In this document: one piece after another, positions 15,101-30,100 of the stretch | Layout of the letters: each line of letters opens with the position of its first letter | Position numbering within the stretch: position 1 is the first letter of the stretch | Origin: Ginglymostoma cirratum | Lineage: Eukaryota | Length of the DNA: 64,000 nucleotides | Assembly: GCA_024137785.1 (NCBI GenBank) | Contig: JAHRHZ010000062.1 | Span: 25,584,533 to 25,648,532 of the forward strand | Direction of reading: 5' to 3' | Position numbers and translations under genes: made by a program | The notes under the pieces: model-generated | Told to the model about the DNA's origin: nothing | The model's input: only the letters and a program-made list of their open reading frames with translations | Databases searched by the model: none

Positions 15101-18100
15101 TTTGATGCACTCCGTCCATGGCCATCTTTCCTCAGATAAGGAGAGAAAAATTGTATACAATACTCCAGATGTGGTTTCACCAAGGTCCTGCAGCAAGACA
15201 TTTCCACGCCATACATACAAGTGAAAGTTGTGTGTATCATTATTGTACACTAACAAATTCATACATTTAGCAAGAATGTGTCTTTTACATCAAAATTTTC
15301 TGCACAAAAAATGATCTTTTAAGTTGATATTCTACAAATGTAGGTAGTTAGCATGAAAACAATGCTTTCATTCTGTCTCAGTACATGTGACAAATAATAA
15401 ATCAAAACAAATTAACATGTTGTTACCTGCAGAACTCTAATATGTCAATAAATAAAACAATGAATGATTTCATCAGATTTTGGCATGAAAACGTTTCGAT
15501 ATACTTAGCACAGTTGAATACTGTGAGAAAAAAACTATAGTATTTATCATAATACAGAAATCAGTCGTAACATTTTATTTGCTGTGTTGATGAGAACAGA
15601 AACAAAGTATCAAACAGTTCATGACGTGAAATTTGCCCTTGTATTAGACAACAACATATGAGTATCGCGGTTTCACAGCTACATTCTTGAATAAAATTCA
15701 GCATGCCAATTGTGACAATATGAGGACAAATTAGACAAAAGGATGTGTTTTAAGAAGCATCTTAAAGGACATAAAGGTGGGAAGAGAGACTGAGGATGGG
15801 AATTCAAGAGTTTAGAGCCTCAGCTGCTACAGGCAGCTACCAAATTGGAGTGCAATTACTTTTCATGTAGAAACTAAAAAAAAATTGCATAGCTCCCACG
15901 GCACTAATGAAATTTGGAAAAATCTGACTGGTGACAACTCTCCTCCTTTCACAGATTGACACTCTTCCCTCCCCTCACTATTTACAGCCCAAAGCAGGTT
16001 TTTTTTAAAACCCCAAAACATACCCATTCAGTTCCGAAGGAATTTTGGGCTAGCTACAGGTCACAAATACTTTATTTTCCCCTTGGTTACAAAAGAATTA
16101 TCTTGACGTCACAGAATTGTTTTAGTCTCACAGTAGCTACACTGTAGGACAGAGCACAAATTAAGACATAATCAGAGCTTGTTGGAAAATTGCTCCGATA
16201 ATCATGGGTGACTTTAATTTTAGTATAGAAATAGGCAAACTAAATTGACAAAGATAGCATTGAAGAGTTCATGGAGAATGTTTGGGATAATTTCTTACAT
16301 TGTAAAACCAGGGAATTAGCCATTTTAAATCTAGAATATGTAAATATGACTGGATTGATGAAGAATTTCTTCATAAAATATCCTCGAGAAGAATGATCAT
16401 AAACAATGTGAAGGTTCACTGGTGGTTCTCAGATATGGAGGGATTTACTTATGAGGACAGGTTGAGTAGAATGGGCCTATACTCATTGGTGTTTACAAGT
16501 AAAAGGGTGACCTTATTGAAATATAAATGTTCCTTGGGGGACTTCACAAAGTAGATGCGGGGAGAGATTATTTCCTCTTTTGGAAGTGCCTAGGACCGTG
16601 GGCATAACTGCAGAGTACGGGGTCACCCACTTAGTTCAAAGATAGCAAAGATTTTCTTCTCTCAGGTGCTGGTGAATCTGTAGAATTCTTTATTGCAAAA
16701 GGCTGTAAAGGCCGGGCTGCTAAATGTATTCAAGGTTGAGAAGAATTTTAATCAGTAAGTAAATCAAGGGTAACAGGGAAATGACAGGAAAGAGGAAGTG
16801 AGGATTATCAGATCAACTATGATCTTATTAAATAGTAGAATGGACTCCATGAACCAAATGGCTCCTTCTGCTCTTATGTGTCATAGACTAACATCCTGAT
16901 GAACCTCCTCTGCACCCTCTCTCGTGCAATTGCATCCTTCCTATAGAACAGTGGCCAGAACTGCATAACGTATTCCAGCTGTGGCCCAACTTACACCTGA
17001 TACAGTTTCATTGTAATTTCCCTGTTCCTGTATTCAATGCCTCGACTAATAAAGGTCACTATCCCACATGCATTCATAACTACTTTATTCAACCGTCCTG
17101 TTGCCTTCAAGGATCTGTGGACATGCAAACCAAGTTTCCTCTGACCCTCTATATTTCCTACTATCCTACCATTCATCATTTACTCCATTGTCTTGTTTTT
17201 CCCCCTAAAGTGACTCACCTCACCCTTCTGGTATAATAGATTGGGCAAATTACCAAAAAGTGACTGTAGCAAATTCATTTTAAGATGGATGAAGACAGAT
17301 AATGCAAAATAGTGAGAGAAGTAAAGGCAATGTTGAGAAGATTAGACAAATAAATTTTTGCTTTTTGGAGAGGGGGGCAGTGGAGAGTGGGTGAGCAGAA
17401 ACACTTATGTGGAGCATAAACATCAACATGGACTTCTTCGCCTGTACGTTCTTTTGTTTCTGTATTACTATACAATGTAATTCCAAAACTTTATTTCCAC
17501 ATTAGTTCTGAAATGATGGCCTGCAAGAAGAAAGTGTCAGTTTTGCTTGATGAAATTGTTTTTTCCAATGTTATCTCCACTAATATCAAGTATTCCAAGT
17601 CAAGTCTAATACAGTCAGCTATGGGACAAACCCTATTCTGCCTTCCCCACGATTATGCAGGCTCAGCCTCACTTTCTACCTTTCTTACTTTTTTGCAAAT
17701 ATCCATTCTGACATTTGATGTGATTTTGTCCCCAGCAGGTATTTTACCTGATGCGACACTGCTTATGTGATCCCTCGTAACGTAAACTGGCAATAGGTAC
17801 TGTGGTATTGAACAATCCCACAGACATTAATTACAACTAGCTATTGTGTACAAACATTCACAGGCATACAGAGGAGGTGGCAGCATAGCAAAAACATCAA
17901 TGGATTCGTAATCCTGGCCACAGGCTCAAGTTCTGAGGACATAGCAGATGTTGAAATTGGAGTTCAATTAAAAACAAACAAAACCGTGAATTGAAAAGCT
18001 AGTCTAACAGCAACCATATAACCACTGCCAACCTAGTTTGTTAATGTCATTTACAGAAGGAAATCTGTCACCTTACCTGGTCTTTCGTGTGACACCAGAC

Positions 18101-21100
18101 CCACAGCAATGTGGTTGACTTTTAACTACCAGGCAATTAGGGATGGACACTAAATGCTGACCAAGCCAGCTATACCCATATCCCATGAATGAGTAATAGA
18201 AAGAAGAAAAAAAATCAGTGTTTTGGCTAACATTAAGTTGTTAGAATATTAAAAAAAAAGCACTTCCAATCATGTCATGCTTCAAGTGATCCCAGTTAAG
18301 ATGGGGACTGAGGCCTTTATATGCTTATAATTTCGTGCTATGATACACTGATGATGTCATAAATGCTTCCCTTAAAGGTATAATGGCATACCATATACTG
18401 CCATGAGATAACATTACAGTATTTTTGGCTAGTTTTCTGTTTATGTCATGAATTGCTTTGAGTTGACGGTAACTGAGCTCAAGTTAACAAGGAACTGACT
18501 GAAGTTCTATTTTCGTTTCATTGAAGACTGCTTGCAAGGATAGGAAGCCTTCATTTAATTAATTTGGCTAAAATCCAGAGATTAAAATGCAGTGCATGAA
18601 TCCAGTATATAGATTCCACTAAAATCATGTGTTTCACAAAAAGTTAACAAAGTCAACCACATGTGCACTTTATATTGAACATTGTCATGTTTATTTCAGA
18701 ATATGTCAATAATAACAAAACATCTTACTTACCTAACCGATTCAGTACACGTTCAATTTTTCTGGACCCGGTGATACTTTCATGCTGGAATTCACAAGTT
18801 AATGCCTTCCCCAAATCTTCCCTACAAGGAATGAATTCAAAACGACTTGTGAAATAATAAAGACCATCCTTTCCATAGTTTACTTCAGTATTGGCATTCA
18901 TTTCCTTTGATACAATATCGCACTTTTTCCAGATAACTTTAATGCCTTTTGGAAAGAATGAGTATATTCTGCAAGATGCCATTGTTTGTTCATCAACAAT
19001 CGGACTTTCTGGTGACAGTTTTATATTATCACATTTTGGGATAGCTGTGGAAAAAAAATTGGGAAACATAAATTTTGATTGTTTCATTATAGCTTTGTTC
19101 CAAACTGAAGTTTTTAAGACTTATTTCAAGTTGAAACAGCAAAAAAAAAGGCATCTGCTTAGCAAAGTTACAAATGACTGTACAAATATTTGATTTTAAC
19201 TATGCATCTGAATTGCCACCCTTGTACAAAATGCAAGGTAGCTGAGTAAAGATGATAAGCTACTATCCATTCTAACCCTGGATATACCAATTTGCTGATC
19301 GTTTTTTCTGAATTTCTGAAAAGTTCTCCCATGAGAAGGGCTGTTCTGATGTCATAATGCTAGCCTTCAAGCTTTGGAATTCCTTTCCCAAATTCCTATG
19401 CCTCTCCACCTCATTCTGTTGTTTTGAGATATTTTCCTTATCCTGGTAAAATCTGGTTCTCTGGCTTATTCCAAGTATGCATTCAGGAAACATCTTTTCT
19501 AAATTACAGCAACCACAGCAACAACCCAAAGAATAGGAGACCAGAAGTAAAACACAATAAGATTGCTGCCAAAGTGAAATTCAGAACAAACTGAAGTTAT
19601 AACCATTCAATTCAATATTTTAGACTTGTTCAATAAAATAAATTCAGTGTAGAAAGGAGACCCCAAAAATCATAGCCAGAAACCGTTCGATTTCTTCTTC
19701 TTGATTATTTTTACAGGAAAAATATAATCTCTGAGTAATACTTCATAAATATAACAAATGCGTTTCTCATTCCCAGGTGGAAAGGTCCACCATTTATGTT
19801 GATGCACATACAATTTTATCCAAGATCTTCTAAATGTTGTCATATTTTGAGAGACAATTTAAAAATTGTAACGATATCAACATTAGGTAATGGCTCTTAC
19901 TGCTAATCAACAACTTATCCACTCAATACTGTAGCTCTTAACTTCTAAATGTGCACTTCGATAATTGATTCTATGCTGATTGTTAAGAGATCAAAGCAAA
20001 ATCTGTGGTAAGGCAAACAAAATAAAAATGGAGAAATACTGATAGTACCTGTTAAATTTAGCTTAATCCGTTCACTTATTTGTGTGTCTGTGGCTGGATG
20101 TGTTACTTCACAAATATATGCTGCTTCATGATCTTCATTAATAGTTGGTATAAAATACAAAACACTGGCGACAGTGTGCGTGTGGTCTTCATATTTCAGC
20201 TCAGTTGTACCGTGGGTGTACTTGTGTTGCCCTGGTTCTGTTATTTCAAAGAACTCTGTTTCTCCTGGCTGAAGTTTCCCAATTTCTTTTTTTATTGCAT
20301 TCTTTTCTTTGTACCAGGTGATAGCCAGCGGTCTAGGTTTAAATCCAGTGATCGGACAGGTCACAGCAAGCACTTCTTCATGAATAATACATTGTGGTAT
20401 CACTAGATCAGTCATTCTTGGTCCAACTTTGTTTTTAAAACAAGAGAGAAAATACAATTGTTTTAAAAGTTCTCAGAATTGATAAATATAGACTACTTAA
20501 AGTAAAACCTGACAATTATGCTATCTATTAACTGGACAAAGGGCAATTCAGAAATCCCCATCTTTTGAAAAAAAGCTGCTAATATTGGTGTGTGAGGTTC
20601 AGACTATGTCGGCAGACTGGTCAGCTCGTTTCACAAAATGCTATAATGCAGCTGGTGTATGATTTTAAAACATGGTCTGGTCTGTACTACCACAGTCTTA
20701 TGCAGCAAATGTAACTATGGGAGACTATACAAAATATTGCAACTGTGCAGTTATTAAGGCTCAAATTCAAAAGGATGTATCCAATTAACGAAAAATGGTC
20801 AAATGAGAACAAATAAAATTGCATAAAGGCTCAAAAATAACTTTTTAAACATTTTAATCTTCACAAATGTAGCAAGGAAAAAGAAAAAATGTAAGCAAGA
20901 TACATAATCTACATAATTCGAGAGCAAACATGGGCGAAGATCTTGCTCTTTAAAGAATCTCTCAACCTTAGCCATCAGTACCATATTTCTGCTAAATAAA
21001 TCAAGATTCCATGTCATAAGGCATTACCTTGCTGACTCATGTCAAGACTTCTCCCAACATCATAGGTCTTTCACTGTCATATAAATTTATACCTCCACAT

Positions 21101-24100
21101 GGCAAGCAGTAAAGTCACTTTGTGGAACACTATGTGCTTGAATTAATAAACCAATCACAATAGAAACTGGACTACTTTCTTCACACAGTTTGGGCTTAAG
21201 GTTGGGGACATGTCAGCCAAAGCTTTCTTCATCTGTTCTACTTTGAAAAATAAAGCATTGTCATGCAAGCCAGTACAAGTACTGAAAAATGCAATTCTTT
21301 TGATTTTGTGAGCATGATAGTTGTACAGGAATGCAGAGGCGTAAACGCCCGAGTGGAGTGAGGGCTATGCCTACAATTAGGATTACTATATGTATGTTGC
21401 CTGGTGTCCACAAATATCTTTAGAAAATGATATAGTTCTATAACTGATTCCCGCTAATATTTTAATCATGTTGAATGCAAGCAGACAGAGCTGTTCCTGA
21501 TCATTTGAAAGATGGTGGGCCAAGATCTTTATGACGATATAGTTCCTACTGATCACTTAGTCATTATTTATTTTATTGTCAATTCATTCAAAAATAGAGT
21601 TTTTTTTAAATTTACAAGTAATAAATATAAACTGATCCTTAAAGTTCTCCAATAATAGACAATTCCACCTTCCAGTAATATGGAAAAGTACAAAAATGGG
21701 CTTATATATGTAACCAATAGAGACTTTGCACCAGTCTTCATGTTGGAAGACACCAGTAGCGTACCAGAACTTCACGAGTCTGGGTATAGAAGTGAGTGCA
21801 GTGGCCGTCCCTAAGCAGAAGGTGCTGAGGAAGCTGGAAGGTCTGAAGGCAGCTGAACCACCCAAATTGGATGGACTACACCCAGGGTTCTGAAGGAGAT
21901 AGCTAAAGAGTTTGCAGAAACATTAATTTGATTTATTGTTGTCACATGTACCAAGACACAGTGAAAAGTATTATTTTGTGCACTAACCAGAGAAATCATA
22001 CCTTAATTTTAATGTGAAACAACACTGTGCTTTGAGTAGTATAGCTGCAACCCAATGACTCAAAATGTTTAGCTCAATGAACAGGTTTTACTGTTGTGAC
22101 CATTACTACTTCTACAATAGCCAAAACAAGTGAATTGAACCTGTTATTAAAGCCTGTCACATTAGAATCAACAAGTGGAAGTATGTCTGGATTCTACATG
22201 AAAGGAAACACGCTGCTCTGATTCTCTGGTAAAAAGGTGATAAAGTGGAGGTCAAAATCAAGATCTGTGAAGCAACTTTGAAAGCAAAAATAATTGTTCT
22301 ATCTATTCCAGGGATGTCAATAATAGATTTTTGCCCAACCATGTACAAGATTGAAATTACAGGAAATTCAATAATAACTGTGGTCACTCATACAATTGTC
22401 AGAAGTCAAAGCAAATTACTTTTTTGCAGCATGAAGCCTATGCATAATGATCCTCCGATTCTCAATAAACAATCGTTTTCCTGTTAATGTGTACTTATGT
22501 CTTTACTTCATTTTTTTTTCTTAGAGTCTTGTGGCTCCCAATGCTTATTTTAAAAACACTCTTCAACTCATAAAAAGGTTGTCAACCGCTGGTCTAAATA
22601 CACAAGATTAAGAAATTATTCACCAGTGTGTAACAATGTAACATCTGCTGTCTACATTTTTCAATCCTGCTTCATTCATTGTACAACTACTATAACAAGG
22701 TTGTGAAATACACAACATTGGGGCAGTGGAAGCAGAGGAGGGTGGGCTGAATAGGCTGGGGCTATCTTCCCTGGAATGTCAGAGGTTGAGGGGTGGCCTT
22801 ATAGCAGTTTATAAAAATCATGAGGGGCACGGATAGGGTGAATGACAAGGTTTTCCGCCCCAGGATAAAGGAACGCAAAACTAGAGGGCATAAGGTTAAA
22901 GATGAGAAGGGAAAGATTTAAAAGGAACTTAAGGGACAACATTTTCACGCAGAGGGTGGCGTGTGTATGGAATGAGCTGCCAGAGGAAGTAGTGAAGGCT
23001 GGTACAATTGGAGAGAGATGATTGGTGGTGAGGGGAGAAGAGAGGTTGAGAAGGCCAGACCTTCATGGTGACCTCAGCTGGTGTGGGAATTGGACTTACA
23101 CTTACACTGCTGACGTCACTCAGCATCACAAACCAGCCACCTAGCTAACTAAGCAAACCAATCTCCGTGTGCAAGTGTACATACATATCTCTTCATAAAC
23201 AAAATTTCTTTGGATATGTTTGATTGGCATCACTTGTAATTACTTACTTCCTTCAACTTTCAGGCAAGTCTTCTTAATTATAGGCATTTTGAGAGCACTA
23301 TGGTGGACTTGAACCTGGAGGATAGCTTGATTGTCTGTATATATATCAGGCCAGAACAAAACTTCACAATTCATGCTGGTGCTACCATCGTTGTTGTGTT
23401 TAACAGTCGGCACCTTAAAATTAAAGGATTTATCTTCTTCAATTTGAGATGTATGTTTTGAAATTAGTTTCTGCTGCTCATCCAGTCCAGAATCCTGTAA
23501 GCTCTGAGGTGTAGAGCTCCATGAATAAATTACATTTGGTTCACTATTTTTTCTTTGCAGCAACCAACGAATAGAAATGTTCTCAGGTCTATATCCGGAA
23601 ATCTGACAATTCATGAGAGCCTCTTGGAGATGTATAATTCTTGGAGGTTGGCTGATAGTGGAAACTTTTGGAGGAACTATAAAAGAAACACCAGGATATT
23701 TATCCATTCTATACCACAGGGTTGGTCATCTCAAAACATCAACATTAATCTATCCTATGACAAAATACTGTTTACTGGAATAACAAAGATCAACAACAGT
23801 AGGTTCATATATAAATAGTAATGAAATTAAATAACATTTCTCACTGAAATAAATTTGTCTTGACCAAAATAATCATTAGCCTCCTTAAAGTTAAAATAAA
23901 GTTCTGGGAGATAGGGAGACACAAACAGACAGATCATCTACCAAATAGAAAATTAAGGCAGAAGAGCAGAAAATTTAGGACATAAGGATACAAATAAGTA
24001 AACAAACAGAGTAGCAGATTCAGTAACGTATGGTGGAAGCCAGTGTTTCACAATATAATGAAAAAGATCATTCGAGCAAAAGATTGATCTCCAGGGAAAT

Positions 24101-27100
24101 CAGGTAAAGAGAGGGGTATGGGGGAGAAAAATCAGTAGACATAAGATCAGACAACAAACACAATGTGAGTCACAAATCCCCAGAAGGGAGAGAGATGACA
24201 AAATAGAAACACATTATGCACACAAAAGATAGACAAAGCTATGGTGAATTGACACAGACAGAACAAAGATTAACAGATCAGTTCATGAGCTCAAAGTACG
24301 TTTAAAAAGTGTGAGATAGTTGTGAAAACAAAGAGGTGACAGCATGACTGTTCATACAAAACTAGGGTAGCAAAGAAGTGGTCATTTTTGAGCTTCTTTC
24401 CCTGCATTTAATTTGCTCCTCGGTTCGGAGCTATTTCATCTTGAGTCAAATGCTGAAGCCAGAGAACAGAAGTCACTGTAAAGATATCTAATTTTCCTCC
24501 TTTACTGGACATTTGTAGCTTTAAACTAAATTGTTCAGATATAAACAAATCCAAAGTAGCATTATTTTTGAAAAATATTTAATTTGGTAACTTTAATCTA
24601 ATGATTACTTTGTCATATTATTATCCACCGATCATTTACAAATACTTAAAAGTTTTACTGAAAATCTGGTTTGTTTTATGAGCTAACCCATGGTATTGGG
24701 CCTCCTTCCCTACACACTGCACTAATGTTGCTTGTGGTATAATTTTAGTTTCAATGCTCATATAGTCAGATGCTGCCATGTTCCAAGAAAAGCGTTCTAA
24801 ACAAAAACTCCAACAGAGGTGAGCCATCATTCTACAAAGCAAGAATTATTTAATATTTTTCACATTCTGTACTCTTAAAGTGAACTGAAGGATATGTTAC
24901 CTTTTTTAAGGTACTTCAGATACACAAAAAATCCAATGCCTGCAATTGCTGTACACGCCAATATGCTAAGGATTACACATCCAGTTATTATCCCTACTGG
25001 TACAACAACTTCTGGCTCTGTAGGTAAAACAAACAGTTGTTTTAACAGTGAATAGCAAAATAGAACAATATATGAAAATTGAGACTTATTCCAAGACAAT
25101 GGTCTAAAAAGTATATAAAACTACAAATGCATTGTAAGTTGACAGAGAAAACCGAACATCTCACGTTAGCATCTTCACAGGTGTAAGTAACATTAGTTTA
25201 TTTCCAGCAACTGTCAGTCAGCATTTTCAACATTTCTTGAACTTACATGAACTCCAGAATTTGAAGATTTATAAAAATTCTTCAGCATCATCACCAAAAG
25301 GTTGATTAAAAAAAGGGGGGAAAAGATGAATGTGAACTAAGCAGATATTTAACAACAGACTGCAGCAGCTTTTACAACATTAACAAAAGATGAAGAGAAT
25401 TGCTAATGCAAACGTTGGTGCCTTAGAAACAGAGAGAGAAGAAATTATGGAGAAAGAAATGGCAGGGATTACGAACAAATAAAAAAAACAGAAAAAAGCT
25501 CAGCAGGCCTGGCAGCATAGATCGTAGATCACAGAATCATAGAATCCCTACAGTGTGGGGACAGGCCCTTTGGCCCAACAAGTCCATGCTGACCCTCAGA
25601 GCATCCCACCCAGACGCATCTCTCCTATAATCCACCTAATCTACACATCCCTGAACACTACGGGCAATTTAGCATGGCCAATCTACATAGACTGCACATC
25701 CTTGGACTGTGGGACGAAACCGGAGCACCCGGGGGAAACCCGCACAGACAAAGGGAGAATGTGCAAACTCCACACAGACAGTCACCCAAGGGTTGAATCG
25801 AACCAGAGTCCCTGGTGCTGTGAGGCAGCAGTGCTAACCGCTGAGTCACCGTGCCGCCCTCGAAGAGAACAACAGCATCTGCGAAGAGAAATCAGAGTCC
25901 ACGTTTTGGGTCTAGTGACACTTCCTCAGAACAGAGAGAAAAGAATTCAGGGGCTTAAATCCAACAAATTGGCAAGTTGGTCAAATGGACAAACACCTGA
26001 CAGCTGAATTTCAATGCAGAGAAATGTGAGGTAATGCATTTTTTATAGAAGAACACGGAGAGACAATGCAGGCTCAACAGGACAACTTAGAGGGGAGTAT
26101 AGGAGCAGAGGGACCTCAGGATTCAAATGTATAATTCTCTGCAGGTGGCTAGGCAAGTTGAAATTGTTAAGGCAACTTATAAGATCCTGGAGTTTATAAA
26201 TAGAGGCACCATCGACTTGAGTCCCGGTGGATATTTTGCCCGTCCAGTAAGAGGAACAATGATGTCACTGAACAACTGCATGATGTTCTTCTTGGGGAGG
26301 ATGAACAGCCAGAGGTTGTGATCCAAATTAGTATTAACAACAAAGACAGGAAGGGGGATGAGGTCTGCAATCAAAATTGAGTGAGTTATGGAGAAAAATA
26401 GTAAGCAGATTTCTAAAATAGTGATCACCAGATTATTCTCAGTGCCAAAGGAGTAGAAATAGGCAGTTGTATCTTGACTGGAAAGCTCATGAAGGAAGGA
26501 GGGCTTTAGATTCCTGGAACACCAGGACTGACTCTTGAAAGATGGTGCCTGTGCAAGCCATATAGCCCGCCCGTGACAGAACGTGTCTGGTGTTCGTTAC
26601 TGGTGCGGTTGGGAAAGATTTAAAAGAATTCAGTAGGACATTGGAACAGAAGGCAGAAAGTAATATCAAGGTACATAAAATGCCAAAGAGAGGCTGCTAG
26701 TGCAGAAGTAGAGAAAAATAAGTTAATAAGTGAAGTCGGAATAAGGGTGTAAATAATGAAGTCTAAAATCAGAATTAGACTGCACGTATGTGAATTCACA
26801 GAACATCATTAAAATTGGGGAGTTATAGCTACAGATTGCCACATGGAATTACAATGTCTCTATAAAGACAGATACCTGTGTCAAGGAAGAGCAGGTATAA
26901 GTGTTAAATATTCTTGGTTACAAGGTGTTCACAAATGTAAGAAAGGAAATAAAGGGAGGGGTGGTGTTTCAGGTTAAGAAGAACATTGCAATACTAGAGA
27001 AAGAGGATTTTTTCAGAGGTTAGGGACAGAAACGATTTGGTGAGAGCTTAGGAATAAAAAGGGTGCAATTGCATTACTTAGCTCAGACTTCAAACCATCA

Positions 27101-30100
27101 ACTAGTGGGAAAGATACAGAGGAACATATCTGCAGGGAAATGATAGAGAGATGCTAACAGTGAGCAGTTATAAACAGGGACTTTAATTACTCATATCAGA
27201 TATCTCCTTATTTAATTTATGGGATAGGAGATAATGGTACTATAAAGGGTCAGGAAGGAGCAACCATTGCTAGATTGCGTTCAGGAGAATTTCTTACCAT
27301 AGTCTGTGTTCAATCCAACAAGAAACAAGGTACTGCTAGACCTATTTCTTGATCTACTTAGCCCACCTGATTCTGATGTGACAGTGGAGGAACATTTAGT
27401 GGACAGTGATCTTGTATCACAAGGTTTAGGATAACGGTAGAAAATGACACCGATCATCCAGAGCAAGAATAACCAACTGGCACAGTTGGGCTGAATAGAC
27501 TGGAACCATCGACTGGTGGGATAAACACTAACTGATCGATGGGCTATCTTCAAAAGGGAGATGGTTTGAACACAGTCAGGATAAATTCACTCAAAATGGT
27601 TAAAAAGCTAAGACAAACAAATCCATAGCTCCCTGGATAAAACAGAAGAAAAATCATGACGTGTGTAAGATAGTAAATGCAATTGAGAACCAAGCCAAAT
27701 ACAAATGGTTCAAAAGGGAGGTGAAGAGGCAAAAAGCAGCAAAGAGAGAAAATAATTGACAAAAAAGCAAGCAGCTAACAAAATGAAATACCAAAAAGTC
27801 TTCCATAAGAATATCAACAGTAAAATGGTGATGAAAGGAGAAGGAGGACTGATTAGGAATCAAAAAGGGGATTTACACAGAGGCAAAAGGCATAGCTGAG
27901 GCGTTAGATGAACACACTGCATCTATCACTGAGGTGGATGCTACCTATGCCATGGTGACACAGGAGGAAACTCAACCTAGAAGGGCTTACAATCAATAAG
28001 GAGGTATTAACTAAGTTTCCACTACTTAAAGTTCATGAGGCATTGGGATTGGATGAGCTGTATCTGAAGATAAAGGAAGTGAAAGTAGAAATTGCAGAGG
28101 TACTGGCAATAATCTTTCAAGCTTGCCTGGATTCAGGAAACATTGTGCCCCTACTCAAAAAAAATTTTGGAACAATCGATGTAACAATTACAGACCATCT
28201 GATTTATCTGTGGTGGTGGGGAATCTTGAGAGAAAGTATTCGGGATAAAATTAATGGGCAAAAATGAAAATTGTGGATTAATTTGGAAGGGTCAGCATGG
28301 ATTTATTCAAGGAAGGTCATGTCTAACTAATGTGTAGTGTTTTTGAAGAGATAACATCAAGGGTTGACAAGAGCAAGGCTGTTGATGTGTAGTACATGGA
28401 TTTGCAAAATTCTTTCAATACAGTGCTATCGGCAGACTTGCGAAGCAAGCTGTAAGTCATGGAGTTAAAAGGGCAGTAGCAAGAATTGGGTGAGAGATAG
28501 GAAATGGTTAATGGATATTTTTGGGCTTGAAGTTGTGTAGTGGAGTTCCTGAGAAAATTGGAGAAAGGAGGAGGATAATAATTGCAGACAATAATAACTG
28601 GAGCCTTTGCTTTTCCCATACATAAATAATTTCTGTCTCCTCACGGTTTCTAGATGTTGATGTAAAGAAGGGCAGTGCAGAACTTCTAAAGGCCATTCAT
28701 TGATAGCTGCTGCAGTGGACAACAGGCAGCCGACGAAGTTGAATACAGAGAAGAGAGAGTTGAAACATTTTGGTACAAAGAACATGGAGAGACAGTGCAA
28801 AACCAAGGGTATGATTCTAAAGGGTGTGCAGGAGAAGAGAGACCTTGGTGTGTATATATACACAAGTCATTAAAAGATGCCAGGACAGATCATGACAGCT
28901 GTTAATAAGGCATACAGTTTTCTAGGATTCATTAGAAGGTCATAGCGCATAACAGGAGGGATCTTGCGCTGAACATGTAAAGGACACCAGTTGGACCTCT
29001 GCTGCAGCACTGTGTATGGTTCTGGACACCACGCTATAGGACAGATGTGACTGCCCTAGACAGTGCATAGAAGAGATTTATGAAAACGTTCCAGAATGAG
29101 AAACTTCCTAATGATTGGAATATTTGGGACTGTTTTCCTTAGACAGAGGAGAGTTGAAAAAATTTTTCAAATCTTGAGGGGTCTAGAGTGGATAGGAAGA
29201 AACTGCCCTCACTTTGTAAAAGGATTGAGAACCAGAGGGAACAGTTTGTAAGACTTTTGCAAAAGAAACAAATTCAAAATGAGAAGAAGCTTGTTCACAC
29301 AGTGAGTTGTGAAGGTTTGAAATGCTCTGCCGTAAGTGTGATGAAGTCAGGTTCAATTGAAACATTCAAGGTGGTATTAGATAGTTATTTAAATAAAAGT
29401 AAAAAGGTAAAATAACCATAGGGCTGCTGTCTCTTCAAGAAACAACTGATGGTAGTTCTACCAGAAGCTCACCACACCTCAGGCGAAGGGAGAGATTGAG
29501 GAGAATCCTTCAATGGTAACCTTACATGCTGTGGGAATTGAAACCATGCTGATTACATCACTCTGTGTGGCAAACCTGCCATCCAGCTAACTGAGCTAAC
29601 CGAACCCCAAAATGATGAGTGAAGTGCAGGCATTGCTGGAATGCAAATCCAGGATCACCTGTTTATTGGACTGGCACTTTAAATCAACCAAGCCATGGCA
29701 CCAACAGTAGAAACAGTGCACACAGTTATGAGGAACTGCAAAAGGACTGGCATTAAACGTTCAGAGGGCAGGTGTCGGCATAATGGGTCAAATGACTGCC
29801 TTCTGCACTGTAATAATTCAATGAGTCAGAGGTGTGAAAGTGCAGTTGAAGTTAGAGATCAGCCATTATCCTATTGATGGAACAGGCTCAACAGGTTAAT
29901 ATGGTCAACTTTTAGTGTCAGCAACATTTGCAAAATGATCTTGAGGACAAGAGGCAGGCAGCATGGGTTCACGTGGAAAAGGAAGGAGAAAGAGTAACAC
30001 GAGAAGAAAAAAAAAGTCACAAATCAACTCTGGAAATGAAGTGACGGAAAAGTATTTAATTAGGTCAAAGTTGAAATTAGTTTTGTTGGGATATCGAGAG

